DNA of 64,000 nt from Podospora anserina (lineage: Eukaryota). The notes beneath the pieces were generated by a model. The model did not search any database, was not told where the DNA came from, and saw only the letters and a list, made by a program, of their open reading frames with translations. The stretch spans positions 2,542,001 through 2,606,000 of the forward strand of contig CM030333.1 in the NCBI GenBank assembly GCA_017654855.1. The letters are read 5' to 3'. This document shows, one piece after another, positions 12,443 through 25,257 of the stretch. Within the stretch, counting starts at the first letter, position 1; every line of letters starts with the position of its first letter. The position numbers were made by a program, and so were the translations under genes.

Positions 12443-15400
12443 ATGGCGAGCACAATCCCCACGAACCCGAGCCCTCAGACGCTCAATATTCTTCTCCAGA
12501 AGATCAGTGATCCCGACCCAGATTTCCGGTTCATGGCACTGAACGACATCCTGACCGTTTTCAACATTGCGCGGACCGACTTTTTGACCCACGACTATAA
12601 CACATCGGCGCGGACAGTCGACGCTATCGTGAAAGCACTGGATGATACCAATGGGGAGGTCCAGGGCCAGGCCATCAAATGTATCGGCCCTATGGTGCAG
12701 AAAATCACAGACCAGCTCTACATTCCCATGATGGAGAAGCTGGCAACCCTGAAGCTCAAAAACTCACAGGACACCTCGATCCCATCTCTTGCCATGCGGG
12801 CCATGGTGGCCGCCCTCCCCCGCCCTGTACCTGGCGTGTCCAACAACCAGGTGCTCGAAGCCTATTCGGCCATCAGTAAGGCTTTGATCCCAAGGCTCAT
12901 TGGCCGCAGTGGTTCTACGCCGGGGCTGTTGGCCACCGAAAACGAATCTTCCGACTACGTTGACGTTCTGATCGAGGTTGTCAAGTCTTTCGGACCCATG
13001 CTTCAGATTTACGAAATTGAAGTTATTCACAACTCGATCGTTACCCTCATGGAGAATGAAAAGGGCAATTCTGTGCTTAAGAAGCGGGCGGTGGTGGCCA
13101 TTTCTATGCTCGCCCACTACCTAGCGGACGACCATCTAGCACAATTTATCAAGCGCGCCATTCATGTTCTCAACCATCCTAGCCTGACGGGAGTCACCCG
13201 TCGTCTCTACATCACGGTTCTCGGCTCCATGGCTCGCTCAGTACCTCAGCGGCTCGGGAAACACCTTCCAGAACTGGCACCAATCCTTCTTCGTGCTTTG
13301 AGTGAGGAAGAATTGGAGGCGCAGCTTGAGGAGATCAGCGAGGGCGGGGAAGCGAGCTTGGAGTTCAGCGAAGTTCGCGAGGCTGCGTTGGTAGCTCTAG
13401 AAGCCTTTCTCGCCAGTTGTCCCAACCAGATGCGCCCCTATACCGACGAATCCATTGAGGCTTGCCTCCGCTATCTCAGATTCGACCCCAACTATGCGCT
13501 AGACGATGACGAAGATATGGAGGATGAAGAAGAGGAGGACGGTGGGTTCGATGACGATGACGAGATCGAGGCCGATGGCGGTTTCGACGATGACGACGAT
13601 GCCAGTTGGAAGACTAGAAGGTGTGCCGCAAAGGCGTTGCATACGTTGATCTCAACTCGTAGCAGCGGCGATCTGCTTGACAGCGGAGTGCTCTACACCA
13701 AGGTGGCGCCAGCTCTAGTGAAGAGATTCGACGAGCGCGAAGAGAACGTACGACTGGAAGTCCTCTCCGCCATGGCTCTGCTCATTCGCAAGACCGGGGA
13801 GGGCGTCATCCCTGAGTTCTCCCTTGAAAGCCCCAGCGAATTCGTTCATCAGCAGCCTCCGAGCAGGAAACGGAGACGGCAGAGCAGTGCAGGCGGGGCT
13901 TCAGCGTTGGCTAACATGATCACACCCGCAAGCCTCGCCGGAACCGGGCTTGCCTCGCCAACATTGGAGAAGGTGCCAGCAACAGGACCTCGTGCCGATC
14001 TTGCTGCTCTCACCCCTTCCATCATCAAGTCACTCGCCAAGCTGCTCAAAGGAAAGCTTATCCCCACCAAACAGGCGTCTATCAACCTCCTCGACGATAT
14101 CATCACTGTGCAGAGAGGTGGTCTTGGGCAGTATTTCGACCAAATCTTTGGTCCTATCATTGAGGCTATCAAGCCCTCCAGCGTTGCCTCTACTTCGGCG
14201 TCGCTCACTTCTGCTGGAGGAAGTGCTTCCGCCACTGCAACCACACTGAGAATCGCTGCTTTGCGTCTCACCAGCGACATTGTGAAGAATCACTCGTCGG
14301 CTGTGCTTCAGCCCCATCTCCCCAGCCTAGTCACGGGCCTGGTGTCTGTGGCTCACGACCGCTTCTACAAGATCTCCAGTGAGGCTATCCAGACGGCCGA
14401 GGAAGTGGTGAAAGCCATTACACCCCCTCGCTCCCGACTGACCGCGCAAAAGTTCAAGGGTGAACTTCAAAAGCTGTACGACGTCATCATCGACCGGATC
14501 AGAGACAATGACGCCGATGCCGAGGTTCGTCAAAAGGCCATCCACGCCCTCGGGACTCTTTTGGCTAGAACCACAGGGAACGAAGGCTCTGGTTTGCTAT
14601 CGGAGGACAAGCGCAAGGCTGCCTTGGGATTCTTGCTCGAGCGCTTGAGAAATGAGACCACCAGGATAGCTGCGGTCCGAGCCATCGATACTGTGGCCGC
14701 GTACTCGCTTGGTTCTGTTCAGCTTGAGCCGGAATGGATCCGTCAGGTCGCCCATGAACTTGCTGCCCAGCTAAGAAAAGCGAACCGGGCCCTGCGTGGC
14801 TCGAGCATCGTCGCTCTGAAGCATCTCATCCTTTCCCCCTCGACCAAGGGCACTCTTGACCCAGATTCCGCTCAGGCCATCGTTAATGCGCTTATCCCTG
14901 TCATTACCAGCAACGATGCTCAGCTTCTGGCCCCTGGTCTTCTCATCCTCGCGCACCTGACCCAAGAGATGCCCCAGGTTGTTATCACCCCACAGCTTGT
15001 GACCGTCATCTGCGGCCTGGTCAAGACAACAGTCCCAGGCACGGTGCTCGACTCCTTGTTGATCCTGGTGACCAACGCTGGTCAGACTGGCCAAGGCAAG
15101 TCCTTGATGCAAGGGCTGCTTAGGGACGTTGGTGTCGCTGGTGACCCTTCTGTGGTCGGCAAGGTCATTGGCACTCTGCTCGTGGCCAGCGGGGACTCAG
15201 CCGGTGTCCAGCTCGATAACTTTGTGAGCGAGGTGAAGAATAACACCCAGGACCAAGCCAGGGCCAGCTTGGCTCTTGCTGTGATCGGTGAGGCAGGATT
15301 GAGACTTGGTGCGAGCTTCCCGGTGCCGCCGGAACTTTTCCTGAACCAGTTCAGCAACGAGTATGACAAGGTCTCGTTGGCTGCCGCTGTCGCACTTGGA

Positions 15401-16545
15401 CGAGCTGGTGCTGGGAACGTCTCTGTGTATCTTCCCGTCATCCTGCAGGCGATGGCAAAGAAGGGCAACACTCAGTACCTACTGCTCCAATCTATCAAGG
15501 AAATCCTGCAGCAAGCGGCGCTGTCCTCAACGGATATCAGCCGGTACTCCGGCACCATTTGGGACCATATTTTGGCCTTGACGGATGCCGAGGACAACAA
15601 GGCAGTCTGCGCCGAATGCGCGGGTCGCATGGTTATCATTGACCCCAAGACGTATATGCCGAAGCTTGAGGTTCGTCAGAGCTCTCTTGTTTGTTTGTCA
15701 CATATCAGTTGATCATGCTAACATTTCGAAACTAGGCTCTACTCAAGGACAAGTCGCCTGTGCTGAGGGCCACTGCCGTCCAGGCTTTGAGATACACACT
15801 GCCAGACGATAATGAGGCCTTTGACGCGGTCCTTAGATCGTCGCTCTTTGACATGCTCAAGACTGTCCTCGAAGATCCCGAGTTGGAGATTCGCCGTCAT
15901 GCCCTGTCTACCCTCAACTCTGCCGCCCACAACAAGCCCGAGCTGATCATGGGCCGTTTCAACCAGTTGATTCCTTATGTCATGAAGGAGACGGTCATCA
16001 ACCCTGACCTCATCAGGGAGGTGACCCTGGGCCCTTACAAGCACAAGATCGACGACGGCTTGGAGGTCCGCAAGGTAGCATACGAGACGTTGTATGCGCT
16101 CATGGAGACGGCCTTCTCACGGATTTCTATCATTGATCTCTACGACCGCATCATTGCCGGTCTCTCTGACGAGCACGATATCCGTGCGCTCTGCAACCTC
16201 ATAGTGTCCAAGCTTGTCTATCTCGACTCGGCTGAGACGATCCGCCGGTTGGATCCTATTGCCGCGGCCTTTAGGGCTACGCTCTCGACTAAGCTCAAGA
16301 ACACGGCGGTCAAGCAGGAGATTGAGAAGCAGGCCGAGGCCAACCGGGCGGTGCTCCGCGTGACTTTGCTGCTTGGTGACAAGCTCAAGTCGGAGCTGGC
16401 GACGGCGGGCGGTGCGGCGACTGGCGGGCATGAGGTGTGGACTAGCTATTGGGATTGGGTCAACAAGGACTTCAATGAACAGCTCAAGGCTGTGAGGGAG
16501 GAGATTAAGAGTTTGTCTTGGAATACTATTAGTGCTTCGTCTTAG
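12443..16545 (+). CDS. CAND1: Cullin-associated NEDD8-dissociated protein 1 (unsplit CandA; intron ~15671-15734)
   Basis: DPDFRFMALND N-terminus, DDDDASWKTRRCAAK, RFDEREENVR, HEAT-like helices, C-terminal GPYKHKIDDGLEVRKVAYE. Confidence 0.95.
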
Positions 16546-17380
16546 GTGGAGCGTGTAGGGGGGCTGGGGCTTGGATTTTGGCTTTGGTCGGGAGAGGAGG
16601 TGGTGGCGGTGGAGCCGGTGAGAGAGGCACTAGGGGAGGTGACGACATCTTGTGAAGCAATGCGAAGTAGCAAGGGAGATAATGAGACGGGAACTAGAGC
16701 CGCGAACAAGATGGAAATTGGAGGTTTATTCATTGAGACGGAGACTAGAGGAGCTGAGAGGACGGGAGCGGGCGGAGAAGCCGTTGAGAACAGAGGAGCC
16801 AGCAGAGGGGCAAGTGAAAAGGAACCCACGGACGACGTGGAGAAACATGAAGAGGGTAGATAAGGAGTGGAGGAGGAAAGTTTGTTGAGAGGTTGAGGGG
16901 GATGGGGTGGAAAGGAGGAAAATAGAGTGGTGAGCGGTTTGTATGGGTGTTTTTAAGCGATTATTGGGGAGGCTTTGAGATGTCTGTTTTGGTGGTTTTG
17001 TGTATCGTCACTTTGGGGGTGGGGGGGTTAGCCATTGTAAAGTTTTGTGAGTGTGCATGGATATTGTTGATAGGAATTAAGAAAAGAGCGATTGCGTATA
17101 CTGGTGGTTGACATGCCGTGAACGTAAAAGTGGCACTGCCTGCAGGTTGGTTATTCAAGACATGCTGCCATTGTTTAACCATGCTTCTAGCATTGTCCTC
17201 GGTTCCTGAAATGTTCTGACCATGATCCACACGACAAAACTGGAGTTGGTCATAACCATGATGGAAATCTAATAGTAGTCTATTCTGCTAACTCTAATTT
17301 TGGTTCTGCTTTGACCCATAAGAAATTCCCTTCTTTTTTCCTTTTTTTTTCCCTTTATTTGAACCCCCAAGCCCGAGAAT

Positions 17381-19478
17381 TCACTCCAGCTCAATAGTCC
17401 CAGGAGGCTTGCTGGTAATATCATACGTAACCCTAGCAACACCATCCACCTCGTTGACAATCCTCCTCGCAATCTTCTTGAGAAGATCAAACTTGAACTC
17501 ATACGGTTCAGCCGTCATGAAGTTTGTGGTGGTAACCGCACGGAGGATGATGATGTACCCATACACACGAGCGTCACCCATCACACCAACCGCCCTGTTG
17601 GTGTCAAGACCAGCGTAAGCCTGGGACATCTCATTGTAGATACCCGCCTCACGGATCATGCTGATAAAGATGTGATCAGCCTTGCGGGCGATAGCCACAC
17701 GCTCGGGGGTGACCTCGCCAATGATTCTGATGGCGATACCGGGACCGGGGAAAGGGTGGCGCATGACGAGATCCTCGTGGATGCCGAGTTGACGGCCAAA
17801 CTCACGGACTTCGTCCTTGAACAGCTCGCGCAGGGGTTCGATGAGCTTGAGGCCTTGGCCGTTCATCATGCGGGCGGGGAGACCGCCGACGTTGTGGTGG
17901 GTCTTGATGGTGGCGGAGGGACCCTTGAAGCTGAGGGACTCGATGACGTCGGGGTAGAGGGTGCCCTGGAGGAAGTACTCGACCTTGCCGGCGTTGGGGG
18001 TGTTCTCGGCGGCCTTTTCGATTCTGATGGCCTCCTCCTCGAAGAGGTCGATGAAGGTGCTGCCGATGACCTTGCGCTTGGCCTCGGGCTCGGTGAGGCC
18101 CTTGAGGCGGCTGAGGAAGAGGTCGGCGCCGTCGATGACGGTGAGGTTGATGCCGAGGTGCTTCTCGAGTGTCTCCTTTACTTGCTGGCACTCGTTAAGA
18201 CGCATGACACCGTTGTCGACGAGGACGGCGTGGAATCTGTCACCTATGTAATGTGTCAGTGGACTGTGCAGGTCAACTTTGAAAATCAAACAACTTACCA
18301 ATAGCCTCAGTCATGAGACGGGCAGCGACTGTACTGTCGACACCACCGGAAACGGCACCAATGACCTGGGCCTTGGGGCCAACGAGCTTGCGAATGCGCT
18401 GAATCTCGTGCTGGATGAAGTCACTCATGACCCAGTGTTGTCTGGCACCGCAGATATCGACGGCGAAGTTCTTGAAAAGCTCAACACCGCGGGGAGTGTG
18501 CTCGACCTCGGGGTGGAACTGGACGCCGAAGACGGGCTTGGTCTCGTGGGCAATGCCGGCAAACTCAGAGTTAGGAGTGCTGGCAAGGATGGTGAAGCCC
18601 TCGGGAAGCTTGACCAGCTTGTCGAAGTGGCTCATGTAGACTGTTTGAATTCGAGTCAATGAAAACGAACCGAGTATATTTGGAAGGGTAGTACGTACCA
18701 TGCATCTCATCACCAAGGCCTTGGAAGAGCTTGTTGACGTGGTCAGCACCCTCAACCTTCTTGATGGTGACATCCTTTGAATCATCAAGTCAGCACGCTT
18801 ATTTTTGCAAAACAGTCAACCAAGTCTAAACCTACCGCATGACCGTATTCCCTAGCCTCACCAGCGGCAACGTTGGCCGAGTTGGCCCGCCAAGCGATCT
18901 CCTGGCAACCATAGCAGATGCCAAGAATGGGGACACCCAGGTCGAAGACGGCGGGGTCGGCGTCTTTGATACTCAAGTCAGTTCATGACATCCTGCGCCT
19001 TGATCACCCCCTGAATTTGGGATGAGTAAACTCACGAGGAGCAGCCTCATCATAGACTGAGGCGGGACCTGGAGTTGGAAATGGTGGTTAGCGATTATGT
19101 CTCAACCTCAAACTCAAGATCAGCCTATGATAAGGGGTATGATAACATACCACCACTGAGGATGACACCCTTTGGCTTCCATGTCAAATCGGCAATCTTG
19201 GTGGTGCATGGGAGCATCTCAGCATAGATGTTAAGAGATCTGAGACATCTTAGGATCAAGTGGCTGGTCTGGGAGCCAAAGTCCAACAGGAGGATGGTCT
19301 ACGAAAAAAAGAGGTCATGAGTGAGTGAGTGGTTCATCATGGTGGTGGTGAGCTGATAAGAAGTTTGCGATGCGCCCAGCGCATGGAGGGGTAATTTTTC
19401 TGAAAAGATCAAAACACTTCAACTCACATCGAAGGTCTGGTTGGGGGCCTCGGCCTCGGCGGAAGTAGCAGCAGCCAT
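17381..19478 (-). CDS. GUA1: GMP synthase (glutamine-hydrolysing), multi-exon
   Basis: [67 protein letters not shown] across spliced exons. Confidence 0.96.
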
Positions 19479-20200
19479 TGTGTCTGAATAATCAAAAGGG
19501 GGTATCTCTTGCTTGCTGAAATCCGATGGAGCAAGCGATTGTGAAGGACAGCCGTTTTATTAACCTATGATTCACAACAGCCAGGGCAAAAAAATAAAAT
19601 TTTCCACTCGATGGAGGGGCGAGATCGGTAACACGCTCCCCCACTCTGCAGCTTGGAGGGGTGACCCTCCAAGAAATCCCCGTCTTTAATAGAGGGTGGT
19701 CCGTGTGTAAGTGCTTATCAGTGAAGGAGACTTTCCTATTTGGGCAGTACTTTAATACTCACACGCCATTCTTGAGATGAGAAGACAAGATGTGACAATA
19801 AACTTTCCCATGAAATATCATCCTAGTCATTGAAATGCGGAATAGGTGTTTCTGACCATCTTTTGGTAACATTGTTGCATAGAGAAAACCAAGAGTCATG
19901 GCTGCAGGGTCAACGACACCAACCGTGGTGCCCCAAAGTACCGGTACTTACTCCACACCCTTCAGCCCAGAGCTCAAGCCACAGCAAGCGGGTCCCGAAG
20001 TTCAATCAAGCAAATCGACTCCACTGCGCAAGCCGTCGTTGTCCCTGAACATGCATCGCCATTTCTCAAGCTCCTTGACAGCTCCATATCAACAACATCC
20101 CCAGCCATAACCACACCCGCCATTATCCACGCGCATATCCATCCATACCTACTTGAATCATACACATCGCTTGGGGCATCAGCAACAAAAAACCACAACA

Positions 20201-20956
20201 ATGTCCCAACCACGACCCCCTCCCACATCATCAGGCAACCCATCCGCCCCTCCCCAAAAAGAACCCTCCTCCTCCCACGCCACTGGCCTCCGCTACCCCT
20301 CCAACGGTAAAACCATCTACCACCGCCACCTCTCCCGCAGCCGAACCGCCGAGCTCTCCCAAGCCTCCTTCGCCTACCTCTTCTCCGAAATGGTCACCTA
20401 CGCCCAAAGGCGAGTAACCGGGATCCAAGACCTCGAGAAACGGTACCATTCCCCCTTTCCTCCCTTTTCCCCTCCTCCATACTAACCTTTTCATTACCCC
20501 AGCCTCAACACCCAAGGCCACCCTCTAGGCCTAAAACTCCTCGACCTCCTCCTCATCCGCGAACCCCCCCGCTCCCAATCCCGCCCCCTCAACATCATCA
20601 CCCTCCTCCACTTCATCAAGATCAACCTCTGGCAACACCTCTTTGGCCGGCAAGCCGACCGCCTCGAAAAATCCTCCGATCCCGACGCGCCAGACGAGTA
20701 CATGATTATTGACAACGAACCCCTCGTCAACGCTTACATCTCTGTCCCAAAGGAAATGTCACAGCTCAACTGCGCGGCGTTTGTGGCCGGCATCATCGAG
20801 GGGGTGTGTGACGGGGCGGTTTTTCCTGCGAGGGTCACGGCCCATAGCGTGGGGAGTAAGGAGGAGGGGGAGATGTGGCCGGGGAAGACGGTGTTTTTGG
20901 TCAAGTTCCAGCCCGAGGTGTTGGAGCGGGAGGCGTTGATTGGTGGGAAGGGTTAG
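20201..20956 (+). CDS. TRS31: TRAPP complex subunit Trs31/TRAPPC5 (intron ~20443-20502)
   Basis: SFAYLFSEMVTYAQ, LEKRL, YMIIDNEPLVNAYISVPKEMSQLNCAAFVAGIIEGVCDG. Confidence 0.93.
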
Positions 20957-21464
20957 GAATGAGAAGAATTGCTGCGGTTGGGGTGGTCTAAAGGTGGTGG
21001 AATGGAGTGGGTTTGCATATGTTATGGCGTTTATGGAGTTGGGCAAGCAAAGTGTTTCTAATGGTAAGGCAAGCGATTTGTTTACAGATGTTATGGGTGT
21101 GACCAGAATAGCAGCTATTGCACTTGGTTAATATTGAGCAGTTGAGGATCAAGAAAAAAGATAGAGTAAACGAGCGCTCATAAAGAGGGCTGTATCAATT
21201 GGTTATGGACTATGTGTATCAATCTGAAACCTGATGGGTATAATTTCCTGCTCCGATATGCGCCCCAAACACCTATCCGATAATCCACAGGAACCCCCAT
21301 TTTGTCCGAGCTGATGCAACCTGATGACCCTGTGAAACCAAGCCAAACGCCAAAGCAATGCTCTTCAGTCTGAAATTGCCCCGAATGCCGAATGTCGTTA
21401 CCATCCCAGCCATCAGTGACCACACGCGCGAGCGAGCGCAACCAGAGCTAGCTCAGACCAGCAA

Positions 21465-21958
21465 TCAGCGCGGCAAGCCGCGGTACCCCGACCCCGGAGC
21501 GCGATGACCAGGGCGTCTGCGCGGGGCAGCATTCCCACGGCCAGCAGCACCCCCGGCCGCAGCAGCCCCAGCACCAGACGAAGTCCCAGGCCGGCTGTTG
21601 TTAGCCCACGGACCCTGGTGAGCATTCCCACCCCCAGGGCCCTTCGACATGAGCTCCTCCAACCCCAAGTCCCTCCAAGCCGGCTCCTTCACCTTCTGAG
21701 TCGCCTTTTGAATTCCGAAAGCGGCGTGCTGATCGGGGACGACATCGTCCTCGTCCTCGGGATTGACAGGCTGGAGGTGAGGCGGGACGTAAATGTCGTC
21801 GTTGGGGAGTTTGGAGTCCTTGCGGAACTCTTCGAGGAGGTCGGCGTGGAAGGAGTGGTGGAAATGGACGTAGGAGTAGTGGGCGTCTTTATTCTGAACC
21901 ACCAAAAACATCAGTTATGAGCTATAATAGAAGGGGAAGGTTGGGGGGTAAATACCAT
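21465..21958 (-). CDS. APC13: Anaphase-promoting complex subunit Apc13-like; ATG followed directly by an intron, possibly extended upstream to 22546
   Basis: DLLEEF...LPNDDIYVPP...EDEDDVVPDQHAAFGIQKA...WRDLGL resembles fungal Apc13; ATG|GTATTT...CAG|AATAAAGAC. Confidence 0.75.
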
Positions 21959-22546
21959 GCTGGCGTGTCCGATCCAGAGTCTAGCAATCGCCCGACTAGT
22001 CTCGGTGGCCTCAACCTCGAGGTTCTTCACCTCGAGCACCTCCGTGATATCCGGCAAAGAAACTATCTGGCTGGATGTGCGGCTGTCGAGCTCCCAGGAA
22101 CTGGTGCTCGTCGCGTACGAGGCGTCGCTGTCGGTATCCGGGCCCTCGAGCTCAGAGGTTATATCCGCTTCGTTATTGTCGTGGTTGCGGTCGGCGTCAC
22201 GGGCTTCGGCGTGGTTGCGGATCCAGTCGAGCAAAAGATCACCCTCTGTCTCAGGAGTGCTGTCTAGACCGAGACCGTCAGAGTCGCCGACGGAGGCGTT
22301 GTCGTCGAGGATTTGATCAGTGTGATCGGTCTGGGCGGGCAGGGCAAGTTGATTGCTGTGTTCGTCCTCGTAAGAAGGAAGATTCGGGTGCTGGATGTGA
22401 GAGGGGGGGGGAAGCGGGGGAGAAGAAGATCCGGCAGCGATTGGGTTGGAAGGTCGGTCGAGGTTGGCAGGGTCGACATGGAGGAGATCAACTTCGTCCT
22501 CTGTGTCTTCCCAAATGGTCTCGAGGTCCCGGCCGCCTTGATTCAT
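21959..22546 (-). CDS. Acidic low-complexity ORF in frame with the APC13 ATG (possible N-terminal extension)
   Basis: About 197 open codons from MNQGGRDLETIW to the APC13 ATG; D/E/S-rich. Confidence 0.4.
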
Positions 22547-23239
22547 CTTCGCACTGTGAAGCCTGTGGGCTTGGTATGATCCGTGCGTTGATGTGGCGCT
22601 TCGCTAGCGTGGTGGAAGAGAGAGAAGAGGGACGTGCGTTGTGGAGCTGCAGAAGTAGCGAGACTTCTGTTGCTGGGTGGTCTGTGCTTGAGAACCTTGA
22701 TGGTCAGAGCAAGTTCACGACGGCTTGAAGCGTACAAGTTCAGCAAGGTTGCACTTCTAAAAGAGGTTGTGTTCAGGAAATCATCGCAGCATTCGAGGTT
22801 TGTGATTGATTTACTGCAACTTGGACCTCAAACGAGCAAAATGATGCAGCGATCCGCGCTCGAACAAGTTACTGCTGGCCCTTCTTAATTCTCGACAGAC
22901 TTACAGGTAGGATGGGTCTCATTTTATGTGGTTAGCCTTGGTCTGTAAGTAGATTTGGGTACAGGGCCAAACTGTGTGTAAAGAAAGGGAGTAACAACAT
23001 GGTCACGATTTGTGTTGGCTACACGTCGAGGAACAAGAACATATAATGAGATGAATGCCAGATCTTTCTTATTTGTGAGCGAAAACTATGCTACCAAAAC
23101 TTCTTCACTATGAGACTTAGATCCAGCCAACTCAATTTCTCCTTTATCGGTCAGCTTCATCTATAAAAGACCAGTGGTGACCACCACGTTTTCCTTGCCA
23201 TGGACGTCCCGAAATCTGCACCCGATCTAAGCCCAGTGT

Positions 23240-24900
23240 CTAATCTTCAAAACCCTCCAGTATTTCACAGATTTGAGGGTCACTTATTGTTATCAGTGGT
23301 AAGAAGCCCCCCTCCTGATTAATACCCCGCATGAGTTCAAAGTACCTCATGGGCATAAGCAGTGTTCTTAAAGAGGATCCGGCATCCTCGCCAATGCCAT
23401 TCCAAAGCCCGGAGAGGTCCTTGGAGATGCACTCGTTGAAAATATGATCTTGGGCGTATTTTGAGACCGTTGTCATATCAACGTTGGGGACAGTGGTATT
23501 TGGCGAGGTATTCCATATCGCCAAAACACAGCTGTTGTACAGAAAACGCATCGACGGCGTCAAATCGGTAAAATTGTATACCCTCCCGCCATCTTCATTG
23601 ATGTAGCCATCTATCAAAATTAGTTAACAAGTTCGCGCCCGAGTCATTAACGTGGCGATGGAGTTTTCCCTCGCAAAGTCGGACGTACCTTGAAGCATGT
23701 TGATAGCCTCTTGACAGTCATCCTGCACGATTGGTGCAGTTGGAAAGGTGATATTGCCAAGAAAGGAAGGGGTGAACCCCGTCACGCTGTCAAAGATATT
23801 TTTTATGAGTTCGGTCGCGTTGAAACAACCACTTGAGACTGATCTGCGGGCAACTTTGGACTCCGAGCTGGATCTCGACGAGAGGTTAGCCGCAACAATA
23901 GAGTCATTTGCCCCAGAGGGCAGCTCCGCGTGCGAATGCCAGCCCATGATCTCCCACCACGTTCTGACAGCTATGCTGGACGGTAAAAACTCCGTCTTCA
24001 GCCCACCAAAGGGAAAGGTAGTGTTGTCGCCAACCCCCCAAACCGCTCCAGACTTGTTGGTGTTGATACAATGATCAAAAATGTAGTCCTTGGTCCACGA
24101 CACAACTGTTTGCATCGGTACATCCGGGATCGGGATTGACTTGTTGAAGGCGGACTGGTAGAGGATGGCGCTGCACTTCTCGTTCATGATCCAGATGTAG
24201 TCCTTTGGGCTGTTGAATGTGTAGTTGGTGGTGTACTGGCCTGATCGTTGTTAGCTACCCAGATAAGACCTTCCGACTGGTAGGGACATTGACCTACTGG
24301 CAAGCGTGTCAAAGACACTTTGGCAGTCTTCGGTCCACTGAGCAAAGGCAGGTTTGAAACCCAATTCAAAACACAAAACGTTTGGCGGAAGTTTTGGCGG
24401 ATCGTCCCTAGGATGGAGGACAGCAGGGGGGGTGAAATCCGGGTCCCAGTACATGAAGGTAAAATTCAGAGGGTTCTCCTTGTCGTCGTTGACCCAAGTC
24501 GCCGCGAGCGCACTCTCCACATGACATGTGAAATTCAACAAGCTGTCGATGAGCTTGTCCTTTTTGATGATGGATACTTTGTTGGGACTGACGTTGCAGA
24601 AAAACCCCTCGCACAGTTTGGGCATTTTGATATCGCAGTGTCCAGGCTCGAGGGTCACATACTCCGAGGTGTAGTTGCCTGTACATTGTTCGTGTTAGAG
24701 AAACATGGGCCTGCTGTGTTGTTGTCTGACACGGGCATCTTGTGGAAATATGTCGACATACCAGCATACTCAGCAATGAGTTCTGTGCAGTCTGCTGAGT
24801 GGAGGTATGCCTGTTCTGAGCAAGATCTCTCCTCCAACGAAGGCTGGGCGAATGCCAACCCAAGGAGGGGAGTAGGGAATAAGAGAATCCACAGCATCAT
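23240..24900 (-). CDS. Secreted Cys-containing protein with three tandem copies of a repeated domain (4 exons); effector/toxin-like
   Basis: Signal peptide MMLWILLFPTPLLGLAFA; DC-helix motifs SADC, TEDC and QDDC, each followed by a phase-1 GT-AG intron; the exons splice into one open frame. Confidence 0.75.
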
Positions 24901-25257
24901 GTCGAGTTGTGTTGTGAGTCTCGAGTGTGGTGTGTGTTTGATTTTGGGAAATTTGCGATTGATTTCTGGAATCAGGCTGCCTTTTTTTCCAGAGAAGGAC
25001 CAAAATATATACCTGAGAGGCAAGTAGGGAAGTCACAAATCACTGATGTCACCAAGTCCCGCTCGTATGTTTTGCGAGATCGGTTGACCGCACCTGCCAT
25101 TTTACTTGTGTGACTAACATTCTCGGGTGCGGACCATCCACCTCGAAAGGCTCGAATTCTCCGCCAACAATGGCATCAGCTGCAGCATTTTACCCTTTGC
25201 TTCTGGCAAAAACAGGTCACGCCCTCCCCCCGTCCTCCTACCGCCCCATCTTGTTGT

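Noticed and set aside
12443..16545. CAND1 appearing as two ORFs, like split CandA-N/CandA-C of Aspergillus
   Set aside because: A canonical intron at ~15671-15734 joins them into one gene.
16542..17230. Short minus-strand S/P-rich ORFs between CAND1 and GUA1
   Set aside because: Low complexity, no motif and no clear spliced start.
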